From positions 9,424,001 through 9,488,000 of the forward strand of contig NC_043020.1 in NCBI RefSeq assembly GCF_006345805.1: 64,000 bases of DNA, read 5' to 3'. Origin of the DNA: Octopus sinensis (Eukaryota). This document shows, one piece after another, positions 23,865 to 38,211 of the stretch (the first letter of the stretch is position 1; the number at the start of each line of letters is the position of its first letter). A program made the position numbers and the translations under genes. Below the pieces are notes generated by a model. The model did no database searches, was not told the DNA's origin, and saw only the letters and a list, made by a program, of their open reading frames with translations.

Positions 23865-24216
23865 TGCCAGCTCCGCCTCGACTGGTTTCCGTGTCAGTGG
23901 CACGTAAAAAGCACCATCCGGATCGTGGCCGAAGCCAGTGCTGCCTCAACTGGCTTCCGTGCAGGTGGCACGTAAAATGCACCAATCCGACCGTGGCCGA
24001 AGCCAGCCTTGCCTGGCACCAGTGCAGGTGGCACGTAAAAAGCACCCACTACACTCACGGAGTGGTTGGCGTTAGGAAGGGCATCCAGCTGTAGAAACAC
24101 TGCCAGATAAGACCGGAGCCTGGTGCAGCCTTCTGGCTTCCCAGATCCCCGGTCGAACCGTCCAACCCATGCCAGCATGGAGAACGGACGTTAAACGATG
24201 ATGATGATGATGATGA
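23865..24216 (+). mobile_element. S4 SINE-like element with (GAT)n tail
   Basis: Very similar to 15085-15420. Confidence 0.8.
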
Positions 24217-24399
24217 TGAATATAAAGGGTTAAGCTGTCTACAGAGATTTACACGGAAAATGTGAAAGCAATTGTTATAGATAAAGAGAGGGATAACAGG
24301 TTAAAGGGAATATTTAGAAGGGATATTGATCCACCGGGAGTTGTGGTGGAGTTTGATGGCCTGCTGCCAGTGATGGAATATAGAGAATTAGAACCATAC

Positions 24400-24793
24400 T
24401 CTCTTTCTCTTTTACTTGTTTCAGTCATTCGACTGCGGCCATGCTGGAGCACTGCCTTTAGTCGAGCAAATCGACCCCGGGACTTATTCTTTGTAAGCCC
24501 AGTATTTATTCTATCGGTCTCTTTTGCTGAACCGCTAAGTGACGGGGACGTAAACACACCAGCATCGGTTGTCAAGCAATGCTTGGGGGACAAACACAAA
24601 CACACACACACATATATATATATACATATATACGACAGGCTTCTTTCAGTTTCCGTCTACCAGATCCACTCACAAGGCATTGGTCGGCCCGGGGCTATAG
24701 CGGAAGACAGTTGCCCAAGGTGCCACGCAGTGGGACTGAACCCGGAACCATGTGGTTGGTAAGCAAGCTACTTACCACACAGCCACTCCTGCA
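24400..24793 (-). mobile_element. SINE family S1
   Basis: Complete head, (TA)n(TG)n middle and tail on the minus strand. Confidence 0.85.
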
Positions 24794-25197
24794 CCATATA
24801 TGAACTATTAAAAAAAAGAGGAAGTAAAATTGCTTTTTAAAAAAAAATGATGCTAATAGGAAAAAAAAAAACAAAAGGAATAAAAGAAATGATTATAAAC
24901 TCAGTAAAAACATTCAAATGGCACTGCATGAGAGTGGGGCTCATGCAGCCATTTCATCATTTATTATATAACATTTTTCTCACTTTTATTGTGGATTTGT
25001 ATAAAGGACACACACGCAAACATTTTACCGTTTATATATATAGAGAGATTAGCAAAAGAGAGAGTCTGTTATGTTGCTGGCAACATTAGAGTGTTGCTGT
25101 TTCTGTTCATATACCACTCACTTCATACAGTTGATGTTTCTTAGCAGGTAAGTCCTTTGTTACAGAGAATGATTTTTTCACAGGTATCACAGTGATA

Positions 25198-27767
<2,570 letters not shown>

Positions 27768-27799
27768 TTTTCTGAATTTTTTTTTTTTTTTGCTCACAA

Positions 27800-28140
27800 C
27801 AAATATGGTATTTCGTCTGTCTTTACATTCTGAGTTCAAATTTCACCAAGATCAACTTTGCCTTTCATCCTTTCAGGGTCGATAAATTAAGTACCAGTTC
27901 TGTACTGGGGTCGATAATTGACTGCACTCTCCCCAAAGATTTCGGGCCTTGTGCCTAGAGTAGAAAAAATATGGTATTTCGTCTGTCTTTACATTTTGAG
28001 TTCAAATTTCACCAAGATCAACTTCGCCTTTCATCCTTTCAGGGTCGATAAATTAAGTACCAGTTCTGTACTGGGGTCGATCTAATTGACTGCACTCTCC
28101 CCAAAAATTTCGGGTCTTGTGTCCAGAGTAGAAAAGAATA
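27800..28140 (+). repeat. Two tandem S2-related SINE fragments of about 170 bp, between the predicted splice acceptor and the ZNF-C ATG
   Basis: ATATGGTATTTCGTCTGTCTTTACATT...GCCTAGAGTAGAAAA occurs twice; second copy at about 49258-49600. Confidence 0.8.
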
Positions 28141-28459
28141 TTTCCAGGGTAGCAAATGCTTTAGTAAATCTGTCCAAATTTAATCGGAATGCAAAACCAT
28201 CTCATAAGCTTTTTAGAGATGAAAGAGAAATGTCTCGCTCAGAAGAAGCAACTCTCAGTAACTCAAAGATAAATTCATAGAAACAGTGTGTTGAAACTCT
28301 TCTGCATAACATCTTCCTTTAGTTGTAAATGACGATATATATTGATGATGCATCTTTCATGGCAACGTCATCTGGTATTCTGAAACGACAGAGAAATAGT
28401 TTGAGATATTGAAGATAATTAAAAAGAAGAGATTCTACAGAGAAAATTTTCCTACAATT

Positions 28460-28872
28460 CTATACTCTTTACTCTCTTTTACTTGTTTCAGTCATTTGAC
28501 TGCGGCCATGCTGGAGCACCGCCTTTAATAGGGCAACTCGACCCCGGGAATTATTCTTTTGTAAGCCCAGTACTTATTCTATCGGTCTCTTTTGCCAAAC
28601 CTATTTCTTTATTACCCACAAGGGGCTAAACATAGAGGGGACAGACATAGGTATTAAGTCGATTATATTGACCCCAGTGCTTAACTGGTACTTAATTTAT
28701 CGACCCCGAAAGGATGAAAGGCAAAGTCGACCTCGGCGGAATTTGAACTCAGAACGTAACGGCAGCCGAAATAACGCTAAGCATTTCGCCCGATGTGCTA
28801 ACGATTCTGCCAGCTTGCTGCCAAACCGCTAAGTAACGGGGACATAAACACATCAGCATCGGTTGTCAAGCA
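28460..28872 (-). mobile_element. S1 SINE 3' half with a nested S2 SINE
   Basis: TSD TGCCAAACC at 28593-28601 and 28819-28827. Confidence 0.8.
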
Positions 28873-29253
28873 GTCTGGACCAGTGCCTTTGATTGTTGTT
28901 TGTTCCTTCTCAAGCCATGCCTGGCTCCTAAGGGCCGATTTCCCACCTGGACGAGACGCTGGTCCGTCGCAGGAGAGCTGCAAGAAGCAGGAGGAAAGAA
29001 TGAAAGTTGTGGCGGAAGAGTCAGCAGAAGTTCACCATTACCTTCTGCCGGAGCCGCGTGGAGCTTAGGTGTTTCGCTCATAAACACACACATTATCCTC
29101 ATTCCTCTTCTCACCTTGCACCCCCAGAGGCGCATTGTTGTTTTGTCCCCAAGTCAGCCCTAACTGACGAGACTAATAATCAAAGTGAAGTTGTTTTCAC
29201 AGATTTTACGAATTGTATAACAGATCAAAAAGAAACAATATGGATGAATGAAG

Positions 29254-29347
29254 GGCGGAGGTAAAAAATACGCACACCACCTGTTTTCGGCGTTTAGGGT
29301 TAGGGTTACGCCGAAAACGGGTGGTATGCGTATTCGTTACATTCGCC
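29254..29347. repeat. Small foldback element with a telomeric-repeat loop
   Basis: 27-bp arms at 29267-29293 and 29308-29334 (25/27 complementary) around TTAGGGTTAGGGTT. Confidence 0.8.
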
Positions 29348-29508
29348 GAATGATGACCGGACAAAGGGACGAAACATTATTTCTTAAAAAAAGGCAACCT
29401 AATCAATAACTGTATACATTTTTGGGAAGAAATAATGTCACTAAAATGTCTATGGTAGATAAGTCTTTACAGGAAATACATATTTAGTCACAGACAGGAG
29501 AGAAGTCG

Positions 29509-29734
29509 GGTACTATTTAAGAAGAGTGGTCCAGGTGCGCGAACTCGAGTACTCGCACTAGCTAGTCATGATAGGTCGATCCTTACTTTTGTGTTTGTGT
29601 AAAAAAATTATTTATTGTGTGTTTTATTTACTTTGCTAGGGAGTCGTTGTAGGGATCGACTAGTCACGACTAGCTAGAGGGGATGCGCGAGTACGCGAGT
29701 GCGCGCACCGGGACCACTCTTTTTAAATAGTATG
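29509..29734. mobile_element. Mutator-like MITE with long TIRs
   Basis: TIR of about 70 bp, GGTACTATTTAAGAAGAGTGGTCC...; degenerate 9-bp flanks GAGAAGTCG and GAGAAGTAT. Confidence 0.7.
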
Positions 29735-29900
29735 GAGAAGTATCAATCATGTATGCGGAAAATCATTTCACATGCTTTAGCAGTCTTTCTTAACTTCATC
29801 GATCGTTGAGAGTTTTAAGAAAATATATTAAATGCAGAATCTTTCTTACAACGGTCTTTCAACGGCCTTGTATTCAAGACCATTAATATGCAAACAAAAG

Positions 29901-30179
29901 GGTACTATTTTAAAAAGAGTGCTCCCGGTTCGCGCACTCGCACTCGCGTATCTACGCTAGCTAGTCGTGACTAGTCGATCCTTACTTTTGTGTTTTGTTT
30001 TATTTACTGTTTAACAAAAATTATTTACTTTGTGTAAAAAAAAAAAAAAATTTATTTTGTGTTTTATCTACTTTGCAAGGTAAGTCGTTGTAGGATCGAC
30101 TAGTCACGACTAGCTAGCTAGCTAGCGCGACTACACGAGTGCGCGCACCGGGACGGGACCACTCTTCTTAAATAGTACC
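29901..30179. mobile_element. Mutator-like MITE, same family
   Basis: GGTACT...AGTACC termini; the unit-2 copy has a perfect 9-bp TSD. Confidence 0.8.
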
Positions 30180-30358
30180 AACAAAACGTGAAGCATATAT
30201 CGCAATATCCATAAGATCCCATTCCCCCCTCCTTTCTTCCCTTTAAGTTTTCATACATACATTCTTTTTTTTACATAATTACAACAGCATCCAAGTGAAC
30301 CACGATTCCCCTATCTATATACATTATTACAGCATTAAACAAACGTTGTTCAACTTAC

Positions 30359-30510
30359 TTTTTTTCCGAAGAATGATTTCATTGTTAGATTGAGGTCTAC
30401 AAATGGTTTTAACCAATTAATGCGACATAAGAGCTTAATTAGATATTCCTGGTTTATCACACGGAAGAAGTGAAGCTGACTGTAAGACTGTAGCCGCTGT
30501 TTCGTTATGT
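30359..30510 (-). promoter_or_regulatory. Predicted leader exon of ZNF-C1 (5' limit uncertain)
   Basis: TTGTTAGATTGAGGTCTACAAATGG and the 34-nt block at 30471-30504 match the leaders of A and B. Confidence 0.55.
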
Positions 30511-30703
30511 AATATTAAGAAGGATACGATATTTCAGATACAATATTTATGTTATTGACACATTTTTGTTAGGGTTAGAATATCAAGAGGATATTATTCA
30601 GTAGAAGAAATTCATTAAAAAATTTAATCATTTACTCAGATATAAACAAAGTCGCTAAGATCAAGAAAGATTAAACAATGTAAAGTAAAATTGAATTAAT
30701 TAC

Positions 30704-31444
30704 GATCTTTTCGGTTTGAACGGCAGTTTTTTAAAATAATTTCCACGTAACTAAACACTTTTAAACTTCGTATACTGGTAGAATGTGTTTATAAAACATC
30801 TTTTTCTCTTGGCTTTATTGAGAAAATTCTATAGTTTGTAAGATATTTGTTTTGGTTGTTTTTTTTCTTCAATTTCTGCAATTTCAACCAATCAATGACG
30901 TCTATTGAGGTGAAAACATTCTGTGCCGTATGAATATGTCCCTCGTTTAAGAAACAGATTGGGTTTATTTACATTTCTGAAGAAAAAAAAAGGCGCAGGA
31001 GTGGCTGTGTGGTAAGTAGTTTGTCTATCAACCACATGGTTCCGGGTTCAGTCCCACTGCGTGGCACCTTGGGCAAGTGTCTTCTACCATAGCCTCGGGC
31101 TGACCAAAGCCTTGTGAGTGGATTTGGTAGACGGAAACTGAAAGAAGCCCGTCGTATATATGTATATGTATATATATATGCGTGTGTGTGTTTGTGTGTC
31201 TGTGTTTGTCCCCTAGCATTGCTTGACAACCGATGCTGGTGTGTTTATGTCCCCGTTACTTAGCGGTTCGGCAAAAAGAGACCGATAGAATAAGTACTGG
31301 GCTTACAAAGAATAAGTCCCGGGGTCGAGTTCCTCGATTAAAGGTGGTGCTCCAGCATGGCCGCAGTCAAATGACTGAAACTAGTAAAAGAGTAAAAAGA
31401 GTAAATACCCTTCCCCCCACCCCTAACTAACCCTAACCCTAAAA
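30704..31444 (+). mobile_element. 8-bp-TSD-family MITE, 3'-truncated, with an S1 SINE nested at about 30992-31403
   Basis: Left TIR GATCTTTTCGGTTTGAACGGCAG; MITE sequence resumes after the SINE with ATACCCTTCCCCCCACCCCTAACTAACCCTAACCC. Confidence 0.8.
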
Positions 31445-31759
31445 TTACTTGTAAATCTGTCCTAATTTAATTGGAGTACAAAAATCATTTTGTACTACAC
31501 AATGAAGAAAAATATTCCATTTCGGAGAAATAACTTTCAGCAACTCCAAAGAAATTTATAGAAAGAGTTTTAGCAGTCTCTGCTATTGTGTTTTTAACAT
31601 AGCAAATCCATGAGAGAGGTTATCTCAGGACAAATACTGCAGTAATTGGCCTATCAAACTGTAGGATACACAGATACTACATAATGATATTGTTTTTCAC
31701 TTAGAGAATAAGGTAATTAACCCTTTAGCATTCAGATTATTGACAAAATCATTTACAGA

Positions 31760-32835
31760 GCAGGAGTGGCTGTGTGGTAAGTAGCTTGCTAACCAACCAC
31801 ATGGTTCCGGGTTCAGTCCCACTGCGTGGCATCTTGGGCAAGTGTCTTCTACTATAGCCCTGGGACGACCAATGCCTTGTGAGTGGATTTGGTAGACGGA
31901 AACTGAAAGAAGCCTGTCGTATATATGTATATATATATATGTGTGTGTGTTTGTGTGTCTGTGTTTGTCCCCCTAGCATTGCTTGACAACCGATGCTGGT
32001 GTGTTTACGTCCCCGTCACTTAGCGGTTCGGCAAAAAAGACCGCTAGAATAAGTACTGGGCTTACAAAGAATAAGTCCTGGGGTCGATTTGCTCGACTAA
32101 AGGCGGTGCTCCAGCATGGCTGCAGTCAAATGACTGAAACAAGTAAAAGAGTAAAGAGCGGCTAACTGGCTTCCATGCCACTGGCACGTAAAAGGGCACC
32201 GTTCGAGTGTGATCGTTACCAATGTCGCCTTACTGGCATCTGTGCTGGTGGCATGTGTAAAAGGATTCGAGCGAGGTCTTTGCCAGTTCCGCCTGACTGA
32301 TCCCCGTGCCAGTGGCACGTAAAAAGCACCCACTACACTCTCGGAGTGGTTGACATTAGGAAGGGCATCCAGTTGTAGAAACTCTGCCAGGTCAAGATTG
32401 GAGCCTGGTGCAGCCATCTGGTTCGCCAGTCCTCAGTCAAATCATCCAACCCATGATAGCAATTTAAAAAAGACTCCGCGGTTACGACGACGAGGGTCCC
32501 AGCTGATACGATCAACGGAACAGCTTGCTCGTGAAATTAACGTGCAAATGGCTGAGCATTCCACAGACACGTGTACCCTTAACGTAGTTCTCGGGGATAA
32601 TCAGCGTGACACAGAGAGTGACAAGGCTGACCCTTTGAAATACAAGTACAACTCATTTTTGCCAGCTGAGTGGACTGGAGCAACGTGAAGTAAAGTGTCT
32701 TGCTCAAGGACACAACGCATCGACGGGAATCGAACTCACAACCTTACGATCATGAGCCGAATGCCCTAACCACTAAGCCACGCGCCCTCACCCATGATAG
32801 CAGAGAAGCATGGACATTAAACGATGATGATGATG
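31760..32835 (+). mobile_element. SINE cluster: S1 (31760-32157), then S4 carrying a nested antisense tRNA-SINE (32462-32790)
   Basis: 12-bp TSD CCCATGATAGCA at 32450-32461 and 32791-32802. Confidence 0.85.
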
Positions 32836-32996
32836 AGATGATGTTATGTCTATTTATTTTCTAAAAAAGACAATTATAGCAATATAAATGTTATTCTTTA
32901 CATATATAAAAATAAAAAATACCAGTAATTATTAAAATATATGACGTAGAACATAACGTTATATATTTTAATAATTACTGATATTTTTATATTTTA

Positions 32997-33348
32997 CTAG
33001 CAGTATCGCCCGGCGTTGCTCGGGTTTGTAAGGGAAATAACTATATAAGCATTTTAGAGATGTAAAGTATAATAGCCATCTCAATATGGCTAACCACAAG
33101 GGGGGGGGGTGTTACTGTAGCTTTTTACGTTCTGAGATTTAATAAAATTTTAGAGAGTTACTTCCCTTATATATGCCAAAAATGCATTAAAAATGGGAAA
33201 AATTTTTTTTAAATCGTAGAGAGGGCTCGATATGAATCACGACTATAAGATACCCGATTTTGGTTAAACTGCACCACAAAATGTGTGAGTAGTTAGGAAT
33301 CTAAATCGTAGGAGACAGACACACAACTTCCTCTTTTATATATAAAGA
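32997..33348 (-). mobile_element. Non-autonomous Helitron
   Basis: Reverse complement of TC...CCCGAGCAACGCCGGG...CTAG; second copy at 54459-54809. Confidence 0.85.
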
Positions 33349-33476
33349 TATATTATATATGTAAAGCATGATAGGCTGTACATGTATGTATTTTGTTATA
33401 ATTGTCTTTTTTTAAAAAATAAATAAATAGACATAATATAATCTTATCTATAATCTTGATCCCCTCCATTTTCATA

Positions 33477-34213
33477 TCTATATATATAAAACTCTAGTTG
33501 TGTGAGTGTCTGTCCCCTTCGATTTAGATTCCTAACTCCTCCCACATTTTGCGGTGCAGTTTAACCAAATTCGGGTATCTTATAGTCGTGATTCATATCG
33601 AGCCCGTCTGACTATTAGCGCGCGTCAACGATGAGTCTACGATTTAAAAAATAATTTAACATAATTTTTTATTCCATTTTAATGCATAAAATGCATCGTA
33701 TGTTGATGGCGGCGGAGTTGGCGTCCACGCTCACAGCTGCACCTGTTTGCTTCTCCCCTCCCTCGTGAAGCTGTGAGGAAGGGAGTGTAAAGAAATCAAC
33801 GTCGTAATGCGTTGTGAAGGAAACCAGCGTTCTTTTAGAACAACGACTTCATGGCTTGAAGACACCAAAACAAAAATGGCTAAGAAAGCCCGAATTTATA
33901 AGGGAAGTAACTCTCTAAAAATGCTTATATAGTTATTTCCCTACAAAACTGTGTTGCTTCTCCCCCTTCTTCCCTCCCTCGTGAAGCTGTGGGGAAGAGT
34001 GTAAGGAAATCAATGTCGTAAAGCGTTGTCAAGGAGACCAGCGTTCTTTTAGAACAACGACTTCATGGCTTGAAGACACTGAGTCAACAATTAAAAAAAA
34101 AATTACTATCATTCTTTATTCCATTTTAATGCATTTTTTTGCTATAACTCTCTAAAAATGCTTATATAGTTATTTCCCTTACAAACCCGAGCAACGCCGG
34201 GCGATACTGCTAG
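33477..34213 (+). mobile_element. Longer non-autonomous Helitron with an internal repeat of about 200 bp
   Basis: A|TCTATATATATAAAA start, hairpin and CTAG|T end; second copy at 54938-55680. Confidence 0.85.
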
Positions 34214-34537
34214 TTGATGTATAAATTAAGGGTAAAACAACTTTTTACCCTCACCCATTTATTACATTCAGTAGTGCAATTGCCATGCAATAAAAAAAAC
34301 ACTTGTGTATTGATAATTGGGTTTTCTACCAACAGTATATTGGATAGATATTATCCCTTGGTTGGATTCACAACCTCTCTCTTGGAATTATATATATAAT
34401 CATCATTTAAGATTTCTCTGGTTAAACTACATTCTTACAAAAGTAGTGAAAAACAATTTGAAAATGAATACATATATTCAAAGAAGTATATATAACAGGT
34501 ATCAAATCCCAACATTAATAAAATGTTATATATAAAA

Positions 34538-34937
34538 CTAGCAGTATTGCCCGGCGTTGCTCGGGTTTGTAAGGGAAATAACTATAAAGTATTTTTAGAG
34601 AGTTATAGCCAAAAAGTAGCAAAAAAAATGCATCAAAAATGGAAAAAAAATTATGGTAAATTTTTTTTTTAAATAGTTGACTCATCGTAGACATTTTTAG
34701 AGAGTTACTTCCCTTATATAATAGCGAAAAAAATGCATTAAAATAGAAAAAAATGATGGTAAATTATTTTTTAAATTGTAGACTCATCGTAGACGCGCGC
34801 ATACCCAGAAGGGCTCGATATGAATCACGACTATAAGATACCCGGTTTTGGTTAAACTGCACCGCAAAATGTGGAGTAGTAGTTAGGAATCTAAATCGGA
34901 GTAGACAGACACACAACCTTACTTTTATATATAAAGA
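34538..34937 (-). mobile_element. Non-autonomous Helitron
   Basis: Same termini on the minus strand; second copy at 56005-56403. Confidence 0.85.
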
Positions 34938-35039
34938 TACGGAGGTAATGTAGCATACATGTTGATAAAGTAAATGTGATGATAATGTTTAAGAAAACAG
35001 TGTTACTCATATGTGTGACTTGACAGAAAGTGCAAACAT

Positions 35040-37357
35040 CATCATCATAGTTTAACGTCCGTTTTCCATGCTAGCACGGGTTGGACGGTTCAACCGGGGT
35101 CTGGGGAGCCAGGGGCTGCCCCAGGCTCCAGTCTGATCTGGCAGTGTTTCTACAGCTGGATGCCCTCCTAACGCCAACCACTCCGCAAGTGTAGTGGGTG
35201 CTTTTTACGTGCCACCTGCACAGGTGCCAGAGGGGTCTGGCATCGGCCACTTTCGGATGGTGCTTTTTATGTGCCACCGGCACAGAAGCCATTCGAGGCA
35301 GGGTTGGCATCGGTCACGTTCGGATGGTGCTTTTTATTATTTCTTCATTTACAAATCCCAGTTTATTGATGATCTTGACACACTAAAATTACCCATCAAC
35401 AAGATCAAGCTTGCTTCATTTGTTTCCACCTTTCACATATCCCTTACATTCTATTTTCACACCACCACATAACATTGCACTTCACGGTCTATTTATTTTA
35501 TACTTGATGAAAGTATACTCTTGTTACTTACCTGATTTTTCTCTCACTATATTCTTATTCTGGCGGCTAGCTGGCAGAAACGCGAAAAGCGGTTTTCGCG
35601 CGTGGTCGAAATTCCATTAAGTCAACTTTGCCTTTCATCCTTACGGGGTCGATAAATAAAGTACCAGTTTCGCACTGGGGTCGATGTAATCGACTTAATC
35701 CCTTTGTCTGTCCTTGTTTCTCCCCTCTATGTTTAGCCCCTTGTGGGCAGTAAAGAAATATATATTCTTATTCTGGTTACAATGCTTTCAGATCTCTTTC
35801 TTCCATTGCTGACGACAGGATAGTCACAGAAACTATCAACTACTTGTGTAAAACCTTCTGAACATTGCAACCAATTCATTTTACAAGTGCTTTGACTGTT
35901 AACTACTACTGTGCATTTCTTCAGTTTCTGCTGAACAAATTCAAAAACAAGGCATTGGTTGGTTCTGGGTCACAGCATAATAGGATGAAACCCAAAATAT
36001 GTTTGCAAATGGAACTTCTTAATCTCACATCTAAGTCTGTATCTATGTTTGTAGAATTAGATATTGACTTGATGGGAAGCACTCCGTCGGTTACGACGAT
36101 GAGGGTTCCGGTTGATCCGACCAACTCGTGAAATTAACGTGTAAGTGGCTGAGCACTCCACAGACACGTGCACCCATAACGTAGTTCTCGGGGATATTCA
36201 GCGTGACACAGAGAGTGACAAGGCCGGCCCTTTGAAATACAGGTACAACAGAAACAGGAAGTAAGAGTGAGAGAAAGTTGTGGTGAAAGAGTACAGCAGG
36301 GATCACCACCATCCCCTGCCGGAGCATCGTGGAGCTTTTAGGTGTTTTCACTCAGTAAACACTCACAACGCCCGTCTGGGAATCGAAACCGCGAGTCCGC
36401 TGCCCTAACCACTGGGCCATTGCGCCTCCACAGATATTGACTACTCCATACTCAAATACCAATTTCAAAACCATGATTTGTTTTCTTAAATTCATGGGTT
36501 CTAGTTTTAGTTATTAAACTTGTATTGAGACCCATCTACATCCTGAGCATATTTATTGAGGGGTTGTTGTTTGTTCCTTCATAAGGGCCGGTTTCCCAGT
36601 TTCTTGGCATATAGGTTCCCCACCTGGACGGGACGCCGGTCAGTCGCAGGTGAGCTGCAAGATGCAGGAGGAAAGAGTGAAAGAAAGTTGTGGCGAAAGA
36701 GTCAGCAGAAGTTTCGCCATTACCTTCTGCCGAGCCGCGTGGAGCTTAGGTGTTTCGCTCATAAACACACACATCGCCCGGTCTGAGATTGGAACCCGCG
36801 ATCCCTCGACCGCAAGTCAACTGCTCTAACCACTAGGCCATGTGCCTCCACTATTGAGAGGTTGACAAGTAAGTCACTTGATGCAGTTTTGGTGATTGGT
36901 TTCATCATTTAGTAATAGTTAAGTCTATTTTTAATTTTCCCTGTCACCATGCGACAAAATATTAATCTCTCTTTTACTTGTTTCAGTCATTTGACTGCGG
37001 CCATGCTGGAGCACCGCCTTTTAATCGAGCAAATCGACCCCGGGACTTATTCTTTTGTAAGCCCAGTACCTATTCTATCCGTCTCTTTTGCCGAACCACT
37101 AAGTGACGGGGACATAAACACACCAGCATCGGTTGTCAAGCAATGCTAGGGGGACAAAACACACACACATGCATATATATATGTACATAAATACGACGGG
37201 CTTCTTTCAGTTTCCGTCTACCAAATCCACTCACAAGGCTTTGGTCGGCCCGAGGCTATAGTAGAAGACACTTGGCCAAGGTGCCACGCAGTGGGACTGA
37301 ACCCGGAACCATGTGGCTGGTTAGCAAGCTACTTACCACACAGCCACTCCTGCGCCT
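35040..37357. mobile_element. SINE cluster: S4 35040-35335 (-), S2 35565-35760 (+), S3 36075-36432 (-), S3-like 36560-36852 (-), S1 36965-37357 (-)
   Basis: Heads and tails match the families defined above; repeated at about 56510-58850. Confidence 0.75.
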
Positions 37358-38211
37358 ATTGTTCTAATATTGGAATATCTAACAAAGCTATGGCTAGACT
37401 CGATGGTACTTGATTAACCTGAGAAGGAATTATACTGAAAAAGCAAATACAAATACTTTAATTTCTTGAAGATCTCTGTCAGCAGATATGATTTTTATCC
37501 TAAACTACAAAATTCTCAAAAACAGAGTTTTTCTTAAATTGTATTCCGTGCAGGTGGCACGTAAAATGCACCAATCCGACCGTGGCCGATGCCAGCCTCG
37601 CCTGGCACCAGTGCAGGTGGCACGTAAAAAGCACCCATTACACTCTCGGAGTGGTTGGCGTTAGGAAGGGCATCCAGCTGTAGAAACTTTGCCAGATAAG
37701 CCCGGAGCCTGGTGCAGCCTTCTGGCTTCCCAGATCCCGGTCGAACCGTCCAACCTATGCTAGCATGGAGAACGGACGTTAAACGATGATGATGATGATA
37801 ATGACATCCGAGCGTGATCGTTGCCAGAGCAGCCAACTGGCCCCATGCCAGTGGCACGTAAAAGGCACCCACTACACTCTTGGAGTGGTTGGCATTAGGA
37901 AGGGCATCCAGCTGCAGAAACTCTGCCAGATCAAGATTGGAGCCTGGTGCGGCTGTCCGGTTCGCCAGCCCTCAGTCAAAATCGTCCAACCCATGGACGA
38001 TTTCTAGCATGGAAGGCAGACGTTAAACGATGATGACTATGGCTTTTTATGGCTGGCTGCCCTAACCATCACCATCAATTTCAGTGTGTACTCTATGTAT
38101 TTTATTGTGGAACCAGCACAAAATTGGTTGTTATGTTGCTAGCAGCATTAGAGTGTTGATGTCTCTGTTCACTTACTACTCACTTCACATCGTGTAATCT
38201 TAGCAGATGAG

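Larger units (their letters stand above)
28380..30358 (-). other. Predicted 5'-UTR intron of ZNF-C1
   Basis: Donor AAAA|GTAAGT (30358); acceptor CTATTTCTCTGTCGTTTCAG| (28380). Confidence 0.65.

Noticed and set aside
24262-24762. 166-aa plus-strand ORF (copy at 45718-46218)
   Set aside because: About three quarters of it is antisense SINE S1, and the unique N-terminal part has no recognisable motif.
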